Source: Seison nebaliae
Taxonomy: Eukaryota
Assembly (NCBI GenBank): GCA_023231475.1
Contig: JALJEE010002469.1
Coordinates: 62,001-124,984, forward strand
Direction of reading: 5' to 3'
Length of the DNA: 62,984 nucleotides
Program-made: the position numbers and the translations under genes
Shown: positions 27,451 to 41,419 of the stretch, piece after piece
How the letters are laid out: each line of letters opens with the position of its first letter
How positions within the stretch are numbered: position 1 is the stretch's first letter
The notes under the pieces: generated by a model
Told to the model about the DNA's origin: nothing
Databases searched by the model: none
The model's input: only the letters and a program-made list of their open reading frames with translations

Positions 27451-30400
27451 TAGAGACTCGTATCTTTCAAATCCTGATCGATATAACGAATGAAGGAAGC
27501 GTAATTAGAAAAAGAGAAATTATTTCATGAAATTTCTTTCTTTAATTCGATAGTGTTTTATGACTTCTATGACGTCATCATCATCACCATAATCAACATT
27601 ATCCTTATCATCATCATCATCATCATCATCGTCGGTCTTGGAGTTTTCTTCTGACTTATTCTATTTCATTTCCCCCTCAAAAATATAGGAATCATTCTAC
27701 AATTCGCGTCTTCTTCGATGAGATGTAGAACATCACTCTCATCCATCTCTACCAACTATACACCATTTGTACGCCACCACTACTTCTACATATTCTGATT
27801 TTTCTTCCGATACGTTATCTGTTCCAACAACAACAACAACGACAACAACTGCTACTCAGTATAGGTCGGGAGGGGAGAGATGTCATTGATAAATGAAATA
27901 AGATGACAGTGTGGTAGATATGCTAGTTACATTTTAGTTGAGAAAATGAAGAGAAACTCAAAATACTGAAATGAGAAAGGAATGGAAAGTCAAGGCTCTT
28001 TCCATAACCGAACAGGACGATGGGAAGCAGAAAAATAATTCTATTTTTTTTTCTTGTAGACAGATCCTCCAACTTACCAACTAGTTGCCACATGTCGACA
28101 CCGTTATCTATATATTATTAATTGGCAAGCAACTTTCCTTCTCCTTTTGGGATGAATCATCCAAATGGACATTCTTTCTTCCTTTCTTTCTTTTTTCTTT
28201 TTTTCTACCTCTCTTCCATCATTCTCCACATCATTATTATTATACGATTTGTTTCAAACAATTCTGTCAGATGATTAAGAAAAGGAGAACTAGCTCGACA
28301 TTATAGTTCGGTTAGAATGGAAGAAGAATTAAAGAGTTAATTGTCCTGTCTAATTCCATAATGAACTGATTGAGTCACCTTTCCTTCTCATCGGTTGTAA
28401 TCGATAATCATTCCCCATCGACGCATCAGCATGAGACGAATATGGAGAAAAACCATTTGACGACTACTACAATTACATAAGTATGGTATGTGAGTGAATG
28501 TAAGATGCAAGGAGAATGATAAATAGTTCGAGAAGAAATGGGAAGAATGAATATGTAACTCAAGTGTAGGAAAGTTAATGGTGATCGTTGAGAGAATATT
28601 TTCATAATTCGTTCAATAAATTTATCGACGATATAATGTTGAAATAAGCGACAATTTTTTTTCCTTTCATATTATTGATATTTTAATTTTATTAATAATT
28701 TATTATCAATATTATTTCATTAAGCAGAAGATAACCTTTCACCTCGCCTTTCGTCATAGTCTTCAATTCCTCTTCTTCTTTTACACTTTGTACGATAAGA
28801 TTTGTTTAAACGGCCGATATATGAGAATCGTTTCACTTGAATATTTATAAACAATTTCTTTTTGCTTTCTTATCGTTTACCAGTCCGAAATGTCTTCCTA
28901 TTTGAGTTTGCGTTAAATTGAAATTTCTTTTTTCTTCTTTTTGGATTCACAATCACAAAAATTTAGGAAAAACGTTTCGTTAATTTCGTTTCGATGATAT
29001 CACAGGAATGACGTTGTTATTGTCGATGAAGTAGTTTCTTGGAAAATCAAGTTGATTCTTTCACCCCATACATATCGTTCTGGACGGAGGGGTAGTTATG
29101 ATTCTGGTTGATGATAATGATGATGATAAATGAAAAGGAAAAAAGAAGAATGGATATCTTCCCAATCTGAAATGGAATAAAAAAATCGAATAAATTTCTG
29201 TTTGAGATGAATAATGGGAAATTGTAGAATTGAGTCATCCAATTGTGGATGAGTAACAGAAAGAATATTTTTCTTCTTTACCATCATCCTTCCCCTCCCA
29301 TTCACCAGACGAAGAGGTGAAATGGAGATGTTTGAGCGAAACGAAATAGACAGGAGGCAAGTCAATGAGAAACATTGATATGAGAATAGTTGTGGGAAAG
29401 GAATGGTAATTCGCCACATCTTCTCGAGAAGACACGACGGAAAATTAATGAGCCGTCAAATGATAATGATTCATTATTGTTCCACATATCTTCCTTCCAT
29501 TTATCCTCCCATCTTCCTCTAACGGAATCAAATGAAGAACATGATGATGGTAAGGAATATATTTCCCAGAATTAATTTATTTTCATTCTGGTTTACGTCT
29601 ATTCATTTATTTGTTCATCATTTCATAACTCTCACTGACATGAGTCGTTCTCCCATGTCATTCCTTTCTCAAATTGACTTAACGAAACTAAGTTGAAGAA
29701 GAAAACTTCGCTCATCTTTCCTCTGAGAGATGAGATGAGATGAGATGAGATATTGTAAAATATAAATGAGAAGGAAAAATTAGGAATTATGACCACTTTC
29801 CTCCTTTTACATTCATGTCAATTAGTTAATGATTGATGGTGTTTGATATGATGATCTATTTCGTTAGTCTATTGGAAGAGTCATTCAATGTCAGAATTGG
29901 AAGAAAAGAATTGATGGTACGTGGAAGGGAATGATTAAAAGTTTTTCTTTCCATCAAACACCCATAACAATTGCATGGAATGGAAAAAGGAAAAATAGGA
30001 AATTTATCTACTTATTGTTCCTCTTCGTTGCCGCTTTTTTTTTAATAGCCAAGAGAAATGTCAGCTGATAATATTTGAGTTGCAACATATTCATCTAGCG
30101 AACTACCAAATTACCATCGTTTCTAGAACGATCAAGCGAACATTGAGGAAGGATGCAGATGTGGTGAACGAATGAATTCGTCTGATATTCAATAAATATA
30201 AACGTCAATGTGAAATGAATGAGGAAATAGTGGGGGGAACTTATTCCATCATCATTCGACGATAGATTCCTATTTGTGTGTCTGTATGTAATAGCTTCCC
30301 CACAACTACCATTTCCATTCTCTCGAAAATGCAATATCAAAGTGCGTAATAAGAAGTTTTTATGGTCGGGAGATGGATGAAGGATTGGGACGGAGAAAAC

Positions 30401-31792
30401 GTGAATGAAATTCTATTTGTAATTTTTATAATGTGAACTGTCAGAAAGTTGAATTTCTTACCAGCATTACCCGATTGTTGGATCGTTAATCATGATTGCA
30501 GTTTCTCAACTTCTCCTCGAAATCACCAAGAATGATTTGGTGTTTCTTTGATATTCATCATAACTGTAGTTACTCACAACAAATTTCATCTTTCTAGCAG
30601 CACCTTTAATTCTGAGAGGATGGAAGACATATTCTAATGCGAATGAAATTTAAGAGGACTCTCTTTTTAACGATGACAATTCTGATACTTTTCTTCATTC
30701 AATTAATCATTTTTTATATAAGTTTTTAATGAATTTTGTAAAAAGTTTCACAATTTCCTGAAGACTAAAGGAAATGAACTAAAAGGAATTACATATCAGA
30801 ATATACACATTTATTATAAAATGAAATTTGGAACGATCTTCATTTCGATCAGTGATACCATAAATAAATTCCATCAAACAAAATAATAAGATGAGGAAAA
30901 TTTAAATTAATTGATCTTGTTAGTTCGATTAATTGGTGGAAGATCATTCCGTCGTGAACGAATAATTTCCTTCTCACCTTTCAAAACAACTTCCCAAACA
31001 ACCGATAATAACTCATATGCGATTGGCGACTACGACTATGATATTATATAATTCCCACAACCGCTGGTAGCCAGTTACCTCAATTTTACACACAAACACA
31101 CACACACACACAAACACACACACAAAGAACAAATATAGAGAGATGAGTGAAAGACATAAAGAGGAATGATGAGAGAATGAAATTCCAATTGAGAAATAAG
31201 AAAAAGTTCAAATGTGAAATGGAGAGACTCAATCATCAACGCCATGATGATATTCACTAGAAAAAAATTAGAGAACGATGATAGTGAGTTATATAGTGTG
31301 AAAAAACGGATAAGAGAAATTGGACGAAAGAGGAAGATGTTGTCTTGTGTTCGACGATTCTCAATTTGACAATCCTCCATCTTTCCAAATCCAGTCCTAT
31401 CGATAGATAATTGATAGAGGTAAGAGTGTCATCCTTCATTCGTCGTCATGTGTATTGGATGAAATCCATACGAGATTTGATCGAATAATTAAATGAGAAG
31501 AAATCAAAGAAATGATAAAAATTACATAAGAGGAATGTTGTCGTTATTGTTAGGAATGAAATGAATGAACAAGATTCTTCTTATTTACATAAAAGAAAGG
31601 GAGAGAGAATGGAGGAGAGAGATGAAGGATGATTGGGAAGAATGGAAGTGTTTTAATTGATCAGTAGGCGAATTGAATAGAAATGAAATAACTTTTATCG
31701 ATTTCCTAATAATAATAGAATAAAAAATACAACAAGAATAACATGAAGAACAATAGGAAGAATAAGTGGAATAATAGAGATTGAATTTTTCG

Positions 31793-31822
31793 TCTCTCTC
31801 ATTCTCTCTCTCTCTCTCTCTC
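31793..31822. repeat. (TC)n microsatellite
   Basis: Direct reading of the sequence. Confidence 0.85.
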
Positions 31823-33935
31823 CTTTTTCAGTTTGTTATTACACCCAATACGATAAGGAAATGACATAGAAACGAAGAACTGTAATTTGTTCAATTTTCA
31901 AATGTCACTTATCTGTTCGAGATGGGAAGAGAGAGTAGTGGCGACATCGGTGCCAGTTCATAGGTCGATACCGAATGAGTCGAATGACGAACGTTCATTA
32001 CAAATGAGAGAATCGATTCGCTTCCCAATTAGATAGAACGTTTAAACATCTACTTCATTTCAGCCTCGATCAAATACAACATCTCTAGTCCACACTCACA
32101 AACAAATGGACTAATTCCGTAACATGAGTTTTTATTATGTTCATGAACATTCCATCTTCTTCCTTTCTTACACAATCATCATCTCTTATCTTCAGCTGCA
32201 TCTCCTTATGAAGTCGAATCGAATGTTCAATGTAATTTTCCTTGGCACGTGACCAGATCGAGAGGAAGGTTAGTCGTTAGTCACAGGAATCAATTTAATA
32301 GAACGTTTTAAGCGATCTCATCCCTCAAACTCACGTTAGTCCAATTACAAAGACTCAATAGAAAATGAATTTATTTCGTTTAGCGTCTCCTTCCCTCTCT
32401 ACCCCCTCTCTATCCATCTTGTCAGTGCTTGAGAGAATGCTTTATAGAAATATATATATTTTATTCTTTCCAAAGTCAATTCTTTTAGTTATCATCTCTA
32501 TTTGCACCATACACACGTATACACGTAGATGTATATATGTGCATTAAATAAGTTATGTTTCTTTTCCGTCATACATGTCGTCCTGTGGAATTCTCATTTC
32601 CATTTCCATCGGACATAGTCTCCTAATCGATAAAGCCACTCTTTCAAATTTCCACATCAAACGACAATTCACCATTTTTTCTCCATTTCATTTCGACGAC
32701 AAGCAACTCAATCCTCATACTTAATTTCTTATAAGTTTAATTATCATTCATTAATGCCGTCCTTCGCCATTCCATCAGCACTCTTTAATGATATGCATAT
32801 TGGAAGCAACATTACACCTCTTGACTGAATATAACAATTGAACATACTTCTTTTTTCATTCGGTAACTTCATTTTTCAAATGTTTAAACTAACTTAATTC
32901 GATGCAGTTTTCGACTTGTTTCCATTGGAACTTATTGAAGTAGATTATTCGGACAATTATTCCATTGTTCCAAATCAATTATCATCTTCATCTTCCAGTC
33001 CATAGAACTATTCTAATGAAAATATTCTTCACTAATGCAAATGATGAATATATGGAACTTACAATGAATTGTTAGCATAAGGTGAAGGAAATTATTCTCT
33101 CTTTTTTTACCAACTCATCTTCCAAAACAACAACTTCTTCCCGAGTAAATTTCGTCCTTAATAATCTCACCAAACATCGAAGTCAGTCAGTTATATCACA
33201 TCGTAATTTGAATTGGGAATTTCAATCGAATAATATTCACAAATCTATTGAATATCTAAATCAAATGATTACGATAAGAGGTCTGAATCCCAATCAAATG
33301 ATTAAAATAATCAGATCCTTATGACTTGTTCTTAACTATTCGAGATTCGGAAAATTCATAAAATTCCGTAACGTCAAAAATTTTGGAATTTGATTTAAAT
33401 TTATTAAACGAATATTATTAAAAGAATTAATTTTAAACGAGTAAAAAACAGCCTCACATATATTACACCATTCAACCATATACTATTCTTCTTCCTTGAT
33501 TAACAATTGAATGGGAATTAATTGGTTTTTCCAATACATTGCATTTATCGGTCAAACATAATAATTATGCGACTAAAAGTTCATGAGTCTTAATTATCAT
33601 TAATGCAGTTCAAATCGGTACTTATAGAGGAAATTTTATTTGTTTAGAACTACAGTATAATCCTTCAACGGATCAGTTTATTTATTTGATATGGTTGGTT
33701 AAATGTCAGTTTGTCTTAAATTTCGAAAAAGTCCAATAAAATACTTATACCATACGTATAATAAAAATAATTTATTACCGTCTTGTGTGGTAAAATGAAA
33801 CATTTAGGCAAAATGAGAAACATGCTTCTGTTTATTAGCCCTAAATCATTTTTCTAATATGTAAATTTCTTTTAAAATAGTTTTATAGGTTTAAAAAAAT
33901 ACATACTTTCATAATATTGTGTTTTTGTATATATA

Positions 33936-34152
33936 TTTTTTTTTTTTTTATTAATCATACCTAATCCCCGCGGGGCAAATTATATAAAAAAAGAGATAAA
34001 TCCTTAAAGGAGTTATTTAAAATAAAGTTCCTACCGAGATCAATGTACTCCTTGAGTGATTCGGGAACCAGATCACTAATAACAAAATTGGATATCAGTG
34101 ATAACGACTCATCGAGAAAAGATGGGAATTCAAGAGAATAATTATAATATAT
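33936..34152 (-). mobile_element. Possible 5'-truncated retroposed fragment (3' end of a non-LTR element or a retrocopy)
   Basis: The minus strand has a ~63-codon frame without ATG (...SLEFPSFLDESLSLISNFVISDLVPESLKEYIDLGRNFILNNSFKDLSLFLYNLPRGD*, stop at 33961-33963). It is followed within ~10 nt by AATAAA running into a ~14-nt poly(A). It is more GC-rich than its flanks. No clear target-site duplication seen. Confidence 0.35.
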
Positions 34153-35128
34153 TTAAGAATATATAAGATAATAGATAATATATAAATAAGACGATATAAG
34201 AATATTTATCTTTATGGATAAATAAAAAAAACCTTCTAATCTAATGACGTGAATTCATGACAAAACCAAATTAAGTGTCCTTTATAATGCCCTTATTTAT
34301 TCTTTATTCTCATCACGAGAATTTATGTTGATAATAAGAAATAATGTGGAATAATTAAAAATAAAAATAATTTAATATTCGAAAAATATTAGCCAAATTT
34401 TGAAATTTAAAATGAGAATCGGAAAAATCAGAAAATGATGGTTAGTTGGAAGGGAGTGAAGAGGAAAATTATACGATTAATCATCATCAATGGACAACAT
34501 AACACACTCGCGACATTTAATGTTTTTGGATAAAAGATGAATAAATTAAATAATAATTTAGTGTATTGTTTTATTAATTTATTATCTTTTGCAGTTGGAA
34601 GATGAATATTTGTTGAATTGACATCAGTTTACAATTAGAAATAATGTTTTTCATTTTCACATGTTTTCAATTGTCAATACATATTCTCATTGAATACATT
34701 TGATTTATTTGCAATTCTCATTTTTTCTTTTTCTGTGGAATTGAACAGATCCCCAAACGGAGTTAGGGAATTAAATTGATTGTGTGTTTTGAGAAAGACA
34801 GGAGAGATCGAGAGAAGCATCTTTGGAAATTCGAATAAGATATATTCGAATTTGTTTAAACGTTAGTGGAAGTTGTAGTTCTTGGGAAGATCGAAGGAAA
34901 CCTTCTCCAAGTTTTAACTTAAGCGAATAGGAACGAATTAAAACGACAAACAAGAACAATAACATCATTAATATATTAGGGTGAATAAATATGGATTGTT
35001 AAACATGTCTATCAAGAACAAATTAAATAATACTTCGAGTAATTTAGTTGAGGAACAGTTGACGTTTGAGAAGAAGAAGAGTCGATTACTATATCGAAAT
35101 CAAGGAATATCTATTCAACTTCATCAAA

Positions 35129-37532
35129 ATGGATGTTCGCAATCAACGACTCTCATCGAAACAATACGATGACAATAATCAGCAACAACCACAATCATTG
35201 ACATCATCATCCATGATAATCATAAACAACAACAATAATAATAAAAGTAATTTAGTTTCATCCAAAAAAAATGTTAAGTTAAATTCGGAAATTAATTTCG
35301 GGAGAAAATTCCCGTCCACCAAAGGCAAATCGACCAAAGCTAATCGTCGTCGAAATAAAGTTACGTAATAATTTTTAGAATTTGAAAATATTTATTTATT
35401 TTTGGAACTAATATTTGAAGTGAGAAATGAGAGAGAGAGAGAGAGAGAATAAATGATAAAGAATGTGAAAGAGAAGAGAGAGACGATGAAAAAAAGAAAA
35501 AAATCCAATTGTTTTCATTGACGGAAAATTTTCATTTTTTTTATATTTGTCAAAAAAACTTTTCGTTTTCGTAGAAAGTGGATTCGCATAAAGAGGAATC
35601 TGATGTTGAACATGTTCATCAATTCCACGTCATCAATTCATCCAATGATCATACGAAGAAGAACAGTGGCAGCAATCAGTCGTCGACTAATCGTCAGAAG
35701 AAGAAGAATAATTTTAATAATAATCGATTGATTTCTAATTATCAGAAGAATTGTTTCCCAATTAATTGGAGTCGAATGGGTGTGAAAAAGATGAAATTGA
35801 TGCCATCAACATATATTAATATGCAAGTAATCATCGGATATCATTCACTCCACAAATATGAGAGGAGGAGTGTTCATTCATTCTCCATCGATTTCATTGA
35901 CGATTGGAACGATATTTTATATGTTCGAATGTTTTCTGATGAGGAAGTGCAATGTCCAATTTGTTTGGAAGGTGTCAGAATTGCTAAATTGACATCATGT
36001 GTCCATATCTTCTGTTGGGGTTGTCTCCAACGTTATTTCAATTCGACTAATACTACATGTAATAAATGTCCGGTTTGTAGTCGTTTCATTTATTTGAATC
36101 GAGTGAAGACATTGAAAATTATATATAATATGTCGAAGGAGAATGAGATACAATTGCGATTAATGTATGCGGTGAATGGTGTAGCAATGCCAGTGATGAA
36201 TACGGAGGAGAAGAAGTTCGTTCAATTTCCATTAAATGATTATCCGATCGCTGATGTTCAATTAATTGATCGTCTTCCTTCGAGACGTTTGTTCGTTGGA
36301 ACGATTGATCATTTGTTAAAAGTAGAAAATGAGAATTTGAATGATATTCATTATCTAATGAATAATCATGTGAATTATGAAGACATGAATGAATTGCAAT
36401 CAATAATCGATTGTAAATGTAAACAGAAAGAATTAGTAAATCAATTGAATGGCGAATTAGATGAAGAAGATTGTGTGGAGAATCGAAGGAAACAAGACAA
36501 CATTATTCGAACTTATCTTCAATATATTGAGGGGAAGAATCAATTCAATTTCGAAATAATAAAAACCGAAGAAAATATTAAATATTTCTATCAATCGATT
36601 GATGGACGATCGATTTATTTAAGTGCTTTCAATTATCATTGGCTTTTTACCAATCATGAAATGAAGATCGAACAGATACCTTTATTGATCGATGGAAGGA
36701 TTCTTTCCAAAAATTTAGTTTTCCGTAATGACGTTCGTATTCTCTTATAATTTCTATTTTATTTTTTATCGATCAATTATTAAATTAAAAAAAATTTTAG
36801 AGACATAAACAACTTTATCATTTGAATGACAATTCGCCAATTCATTTGATTGAGATTGATATGAAAGATTTGTTGTCAGAAGAGAATTTCAAGAAGTTGG
36901 AACGTCGAAAAATGGAGAGAGAACGTTTCAAATTGAGGAAGGACGAGAACGATAATAAACGACGTGATGAGAATGAGGAACGTGAGAAGAAGAGATGGAA
37001 GAATATGAGTATCTGTTACAATGAATTATCGATGGAAGATTTGGAAGAGGAATTTGATCAAACTCTCATGGGAAATGATGACATATTTCCATCATTGGCC
37101 ACTACCACCGTCGATACACCAACGACAAATATGGAAATTATTAGAAATGACGAAACGGTTAATGGTTGTCATAGCAATGAAGCTGATTTGTCACCATTGG
37201 ATGAACATCAACAACCGGCGAAGAAAGGTTGGGATAAAAATCGATGTTGGTCTGCAATGGTCTGGAATGAGAATATTAATGATTCGAATGGCATCTTTCC
37301 TCCACTCCCAACAAACAATATTAACACCACCACCACCACTTCAATATTGCATGAGAAGGATGAGGAGGAAGAAGAAGATTTTGAATTTCATACGAGATCG
37401 TTAATTGATATCGATCAATTCCTGGAGAAGATGGTGATTTCGGGTGGGAAAAATTCGAAACGAACAAATAAGAAAAATAATAAAAAGAAGAATAAACAAC
37501 AACAACAACAACAGGAAGAAGAAGGACAATAA
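35129..37532 (+). CDS. RNF10: RING finger protein 10 (RNF10/Mag2-like) E3 ligase, ~706 aa, 3 exons
   Basis: Exons 35129-35359, 35575-36732, 36801-37532, joined by phase-0 introns of 215 and 68 nt. C3HC4 RING CPICLEGVRIAKLTSCVHIFCWGCLQRY...CNKCPVC; RNF10-type motifs YFYQSIDGRSIYL and RHKQLYHL; charged coiled coil; basic C-terminus. Confidence 0.85.
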
Positions 37533-37886
37533 TAATAATAATAATAATAATAATAAACTTGAAATTTTATTAGTTTTTTGGTATCGATGGAAATTATTAA
37601 GCTAATTTTCGGTTAAATTCAATTTAGAATAATAATAATAATATTTTGATTTTCTGATTTATCTTTGACTAATTTCTTTTATTCTCTTCCTTTCTTTCAT
37701 TATTATTTGCGCTTATCTCCATATTGAATTTCTTATTCGAATTCAAATCAACTGAATTGAATGAATTTGATTCTAATTAGAAATAAATGAATTATTTTAT
37801 TTGAATTCTTTTTTTTCAATTGATTTCCTTAACTGTTCCTCACATCATTAAATCATCCACTATATTAATATAAATTCATCCAAATC

Positions 37887-40172
37887 ATGGAACACGATGG
37901 AGAATCAAATGATGCATCAGAAGCTGATGTCGAATCTACTGATAACGAAGAAACTGGATTATCATTCCAATGTATTCGATTCACAAGTGGAAATGAAATC
38001 GATATTAATGAGGGAAGTCGAACATATACAGCCAAACAAAGTAGACCTCCCAGTGAGATATCGTTATACGGAAGAATGCCAAAACGACAACGAAGACAAC
38101 AACCGGTTAGCGATTTGATGGATGCGTGTCTAGAGGAAATTCCTCCTTATCACGGTTCGATTGTTCAACAAAAATTTCCATATGAAAAATTTGGAATTTA
38201 TGATCCGATCAATCCTTTAAAAGAAGATATTACTCGACTACAACGTAAATTCGAGTTATTCGCACAGAAAAGACGATTAGAACTTGTCCACTACATGTAC
38301 GTGGATGAAGACGAACGTAGAAAATATTTACAGGAATTATCGGAAGAATCCGTCTCTCCCACTAAAAGTAAGACAGCAGTTGAAACTGTAACAAGTTATG
38401 ATAGTGCTCGTCGAGGTTTTGATGAAACTATTACTACTTCCACAAATGTCGAGAGTAGTACGACGATGATGAATAAAGAAGACAAATCTTTGGCAGAAAA
38501 CGAAAATACTGACAATGGTACTGACAATGGTACTGATAATGGTACTGACGACGTCTTTGAAGACTGTTATGATATGCATCTTCGAACTAGTCATGTTGAA
38601 TCGAAAAATTATTTTGATGAATTGTTAAAATATAATGAAGATGTAAATAGTAAAGAAGAGAAAGAAGAAGAGAAAGAAGAAGAGAAAGAAGAAGAGAAAA
38701 AAGAAGAGAAAGATGAAGAAGATGAAGAAGAAGAGAAAAAAGAAGAGAAAGAAGAAGAAGAGAAAGAAGAAGAAGAAGAGAAAGAAGAAGAAGAAAAAGA
38801 AGAAGAAGAAGAAAAAGAAGAGAAAGAAAAAGAAGAAGAAAAAGAAGAAGAAGATGAAGAAGAAAATGAAGAAGAAAAAGAAGAAGAAAAAGAAAAAGAA
38901 AAAGAAAAAAAAGAAGAAGAAGAAACGATTGATAATAATTCTGAAACGGAGAGTAAAAAAAGTGGAAAAGAAGATAAAAAGGAAGAAACTGATGAAGAAT
39001 CGAAAAATAGTTCTGATGATGAGACAGATGAGAATGACGTACAGAATTCATTATTTAACAAAATGGTAAATGATCATTCATCAGACCAATCTGGAAAGAA
39101 AGACTTACAAGAGAGTAAAGACAATTTAATTCGATTGATCACTTCGAAACAATTGCGACGAGCAGTAATTTGTGGATATTCGTCTGATCTCGATCTTGAC
39201 CAATGTCTCAATTTCACCGATCCACAAAATAAGAATAACGATAATATTGCATCGAATGATCGGAGATTTCGACGAGCTACTCGTCGAATTGGAAAAGGAA
39301 GAAAAAAACCGATTTTTCGTTCAACCACCGACATACGCTTAGATTTTTGGGATAATATGGTAGAAACAGATAAATCTCCAGAAATCGTTAATACGGATGA
39401 TATAAGATTGGGTCGTTTACAAGAATTGTTCGATCAGGAATTCTACAATGACTTGAATAGACATTCCTCTCCAGTACCAATTGTTAGACGACAACATTTA
39501 AAAGGCTCTCAAGATTATTTGAATATTGCCAAATCGAAATGTCTCACTCCCTTTAACGGTTTTATAGATAGAAATGAAGATTTCTTTGATAAATCCTTAT
39601 TATCTAAAAATAGTTCTGATTCATTATTCTCTATTCCCATCAAACCTCCATATGCATTTAAACGAAATGAGAATACCATCTTCCCACAACAAATAATCAG
39701 TTCACAAGAGAGTAATCGATATGATTTCAATTGTCCTTTTCCTCAAGCCATCGATTCCGTCTTACAAGAAATGAATTATCGAGAATTTATGGAGGAAGAG
39801 GAGATATTGAACGCCGGTGCAAAAAATATGAATATGTTTAATAAAAAGTTGAAAGTGTGTAGCGAAGCGAAATGTAATCGATATGAAGGTTTTACTTATG
39901 TACCGGGTAATCACGATTCAATAGTCGCCAGTTTGGAGATAGTAGAATTCAACGTTTTCAACAATGTTTATATAGCTGATTGTGATTGGTCGAATTTCAT
40001 ATCGAGAACATTCATTAGTTATATACTCTCCCTCAGATATTATCAGTTTATGAACGAGTGCAATGCACCACAAGTCGCCATCCGTTATAATATTGATAGA
40101 ACAAACCAATTATTTTATCGTCAAAACAAGTCACTTAAAACTTTATCGAGTGTAATCATTGAGAAAATGTGA
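37887..40172 (+). CDS. Uncharacterised 761-aa intronless protein with a central Glu/Lys-rich low-complexity tract
   Basis: Uninterrupted 2286-nt ORF with ATG start. Non-repetitive N- and C-terminal regions flank TDNG repeats and a ~90-aa E/K tract. No family recognised. Confidence 0.8.
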   Translation: MEHDGESNDASEADVESTDNEETGLSFQCIRFTSGNEIDINEGSRTYTAKQSRPPSEISLYGRMPKRQRRQQPVSDLMDACLEEIPPYHGSIVQQKFPYEKFGIYDPINPLKEDITRLQRKFELFAQKRRLELVHYMYVDEDERRKYLQELSEESVSPTKSKTAVETVTSYDSARRGFDETITTSTNVESSTTMMNKEDKSLAENENTDNGTDNGTDNGTDDVFEDCYDMHLRTSHVESKNYFDELLKYNEDVNSKEEKEEEKEEEKEEEKKEEKDEEDEEEEKKEEKEEEEKEEEEEKEEEEKEEEEEKEEKEKEEEKEEEDEEENEEEKEEEKEKEKEKKEEEETIDNNSETESKKSGKEDKKEETDEESKNSSDDETDENDVQNSLFNKMVNDHSSDQSGKKDLQESKDNLIRLITSKQLRRAVICGYSSDLDLDQCLNFTDPQNKNNDNIASNDRRFRRATRRIGKGRKKPIFRSTTDIRLDFWDNMVETDKSPEIVNTDDIRLGRLQELFDQEFYNDLNRHSSPVPIVRRQHLKGSQDYLNIAKSKCLTPFNGFIDRNEDFFDKSLLSKNSSDSLFSIPIKPPYAFKRNENTIFPQQIISSQESNRYDFNCPFPQAIDSVLQEMNYREFMEEEEILNAGAKNMNMFNKKLKVCSEAKCNRYEGFTYVPGNHDSIVASLEIVEFNVFNNVYIADCDWSNFISRTFISYILSLRYYQFMNECNAPQVAIRYNIDRTNQLFYRQNKSLKTLSSVIIEKM
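38652..38924 (+). repeat. Coding (GAA/AAA/GAG)n purine-rich repeat encoding the poly-Glu/Lys tract
   Basis: Direct reading; it explains the spurious poly-K, poly-S and poly-L ORFs in other frames. Confidence 0.9.
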
Positions 40173-41419
40173 GAGAAGTTTTTTTTAGAAAAAATATTTT
40201 TTAAATAAAATTTCACTATACTCAAACTACTTCCAAATTTTTCTTCGTTCGTCCATTTCACCTTATTTTCAATTCTAATGTTTATCCTTCTTTCCTATTT
40301 GATAAAACTTGAAATAACACTGTTCGATCGATGAAAATGGTAATTTGTCAACATTCTCTGTCAATTACATTCCCTATTAATTTTGAGTTTTTTTTCATAA
40401 ACTCTTCTTTTGTTGTTGGAGAAATAATTTTAGGGAAGTATTATTTTGTAGGTCATAAGGTAAGATGGGAAAAGGAATCCCGGAGCGGTATTCACCTTAT
40501 GAAAGAATCCACTCTGTTTCTCATTTTCGGAAAGGAATTCACTTAAATATTGGAGCAGATTTTACCAGGGAGAAAAAATTATATTTAAATCAAATTTATT
40601 TCGATCGAATGAAACTTTTTCTTAAATATTCTTTTTGATTATGAAAAAAACTCGTGATAAAAATAAAATGAAATATTTATTAAATAAATATTTGAGAATG
40701 TGAAAATGAGTAAGCTTTCTATTCAATTTTAAATCTCGAAATTTACAAAAGATCTCTTAAAGATTATTTTACGTCGTTCTTAATATGTCGAACGCTGCTT
40801 CGCGTGGCAATGACGTCTATGAATAAATTCCTTCTAGAAGAACTTTCTAGAATATTCTTTTTCGATTTAGTTCTTTGAGAATATTGTTTAGTCAGTTCAT
40901 TTTTTTCAGAAGGGGGAAGTTTTAATGTTGAATGCTCCAAAGTTTGTTCCTTTATTCGTTTTGTTGAGTCTATTCCGAGGCCAATAAGATGGATAACAAT
41001 TTGAGACATAGTCATTCAATTGTTGCACAATGATCATCAATGGGATCTGGTGGAAGTATTGGAAGTAAATCATCCTGTTGTTGCTTCTTTGGCGCACAGG
41101 ATGATGATTCAATACTTCCAAAGTAGTCTTCAATGTCCATAATGGATCGATCAGTTTAGTAACTTTTTTATAGTAAATTTTCGATCCTTTTTATTTTTCT
41201 GAATTAAATTTCGATTTTCATATTTTATTATTAATTATTTTTTTTTTCATTAACAGCATCCTTTAATCGATTTGGGATGAGAAAGAAAGTCGGTTGTGTG
41301 TGGATCTTCCACAGGGTTGTCTATCATCAAGTTCATATTAATATTTCATTCTCTTCATTCATCTTTCATTCCATTAAACAGTATCCAAATCTCTAAGGAA
41401 TTCGATATACTTTGGGGTC

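Noticed and set aside
38587..39069. Poly-Lys, poly-Ser/Phe and poly-Leu ORFs
   Set aside because: Alternative-frame and antisense shadows of the GAA-rich tract inside the 761-aa gene.
40764..41133. Two overlapping short minus-strand ORFs
   Set aside because: Non-ATG starts, no consistent splice path and no recognisable motif; a small gene cannot be excluded.
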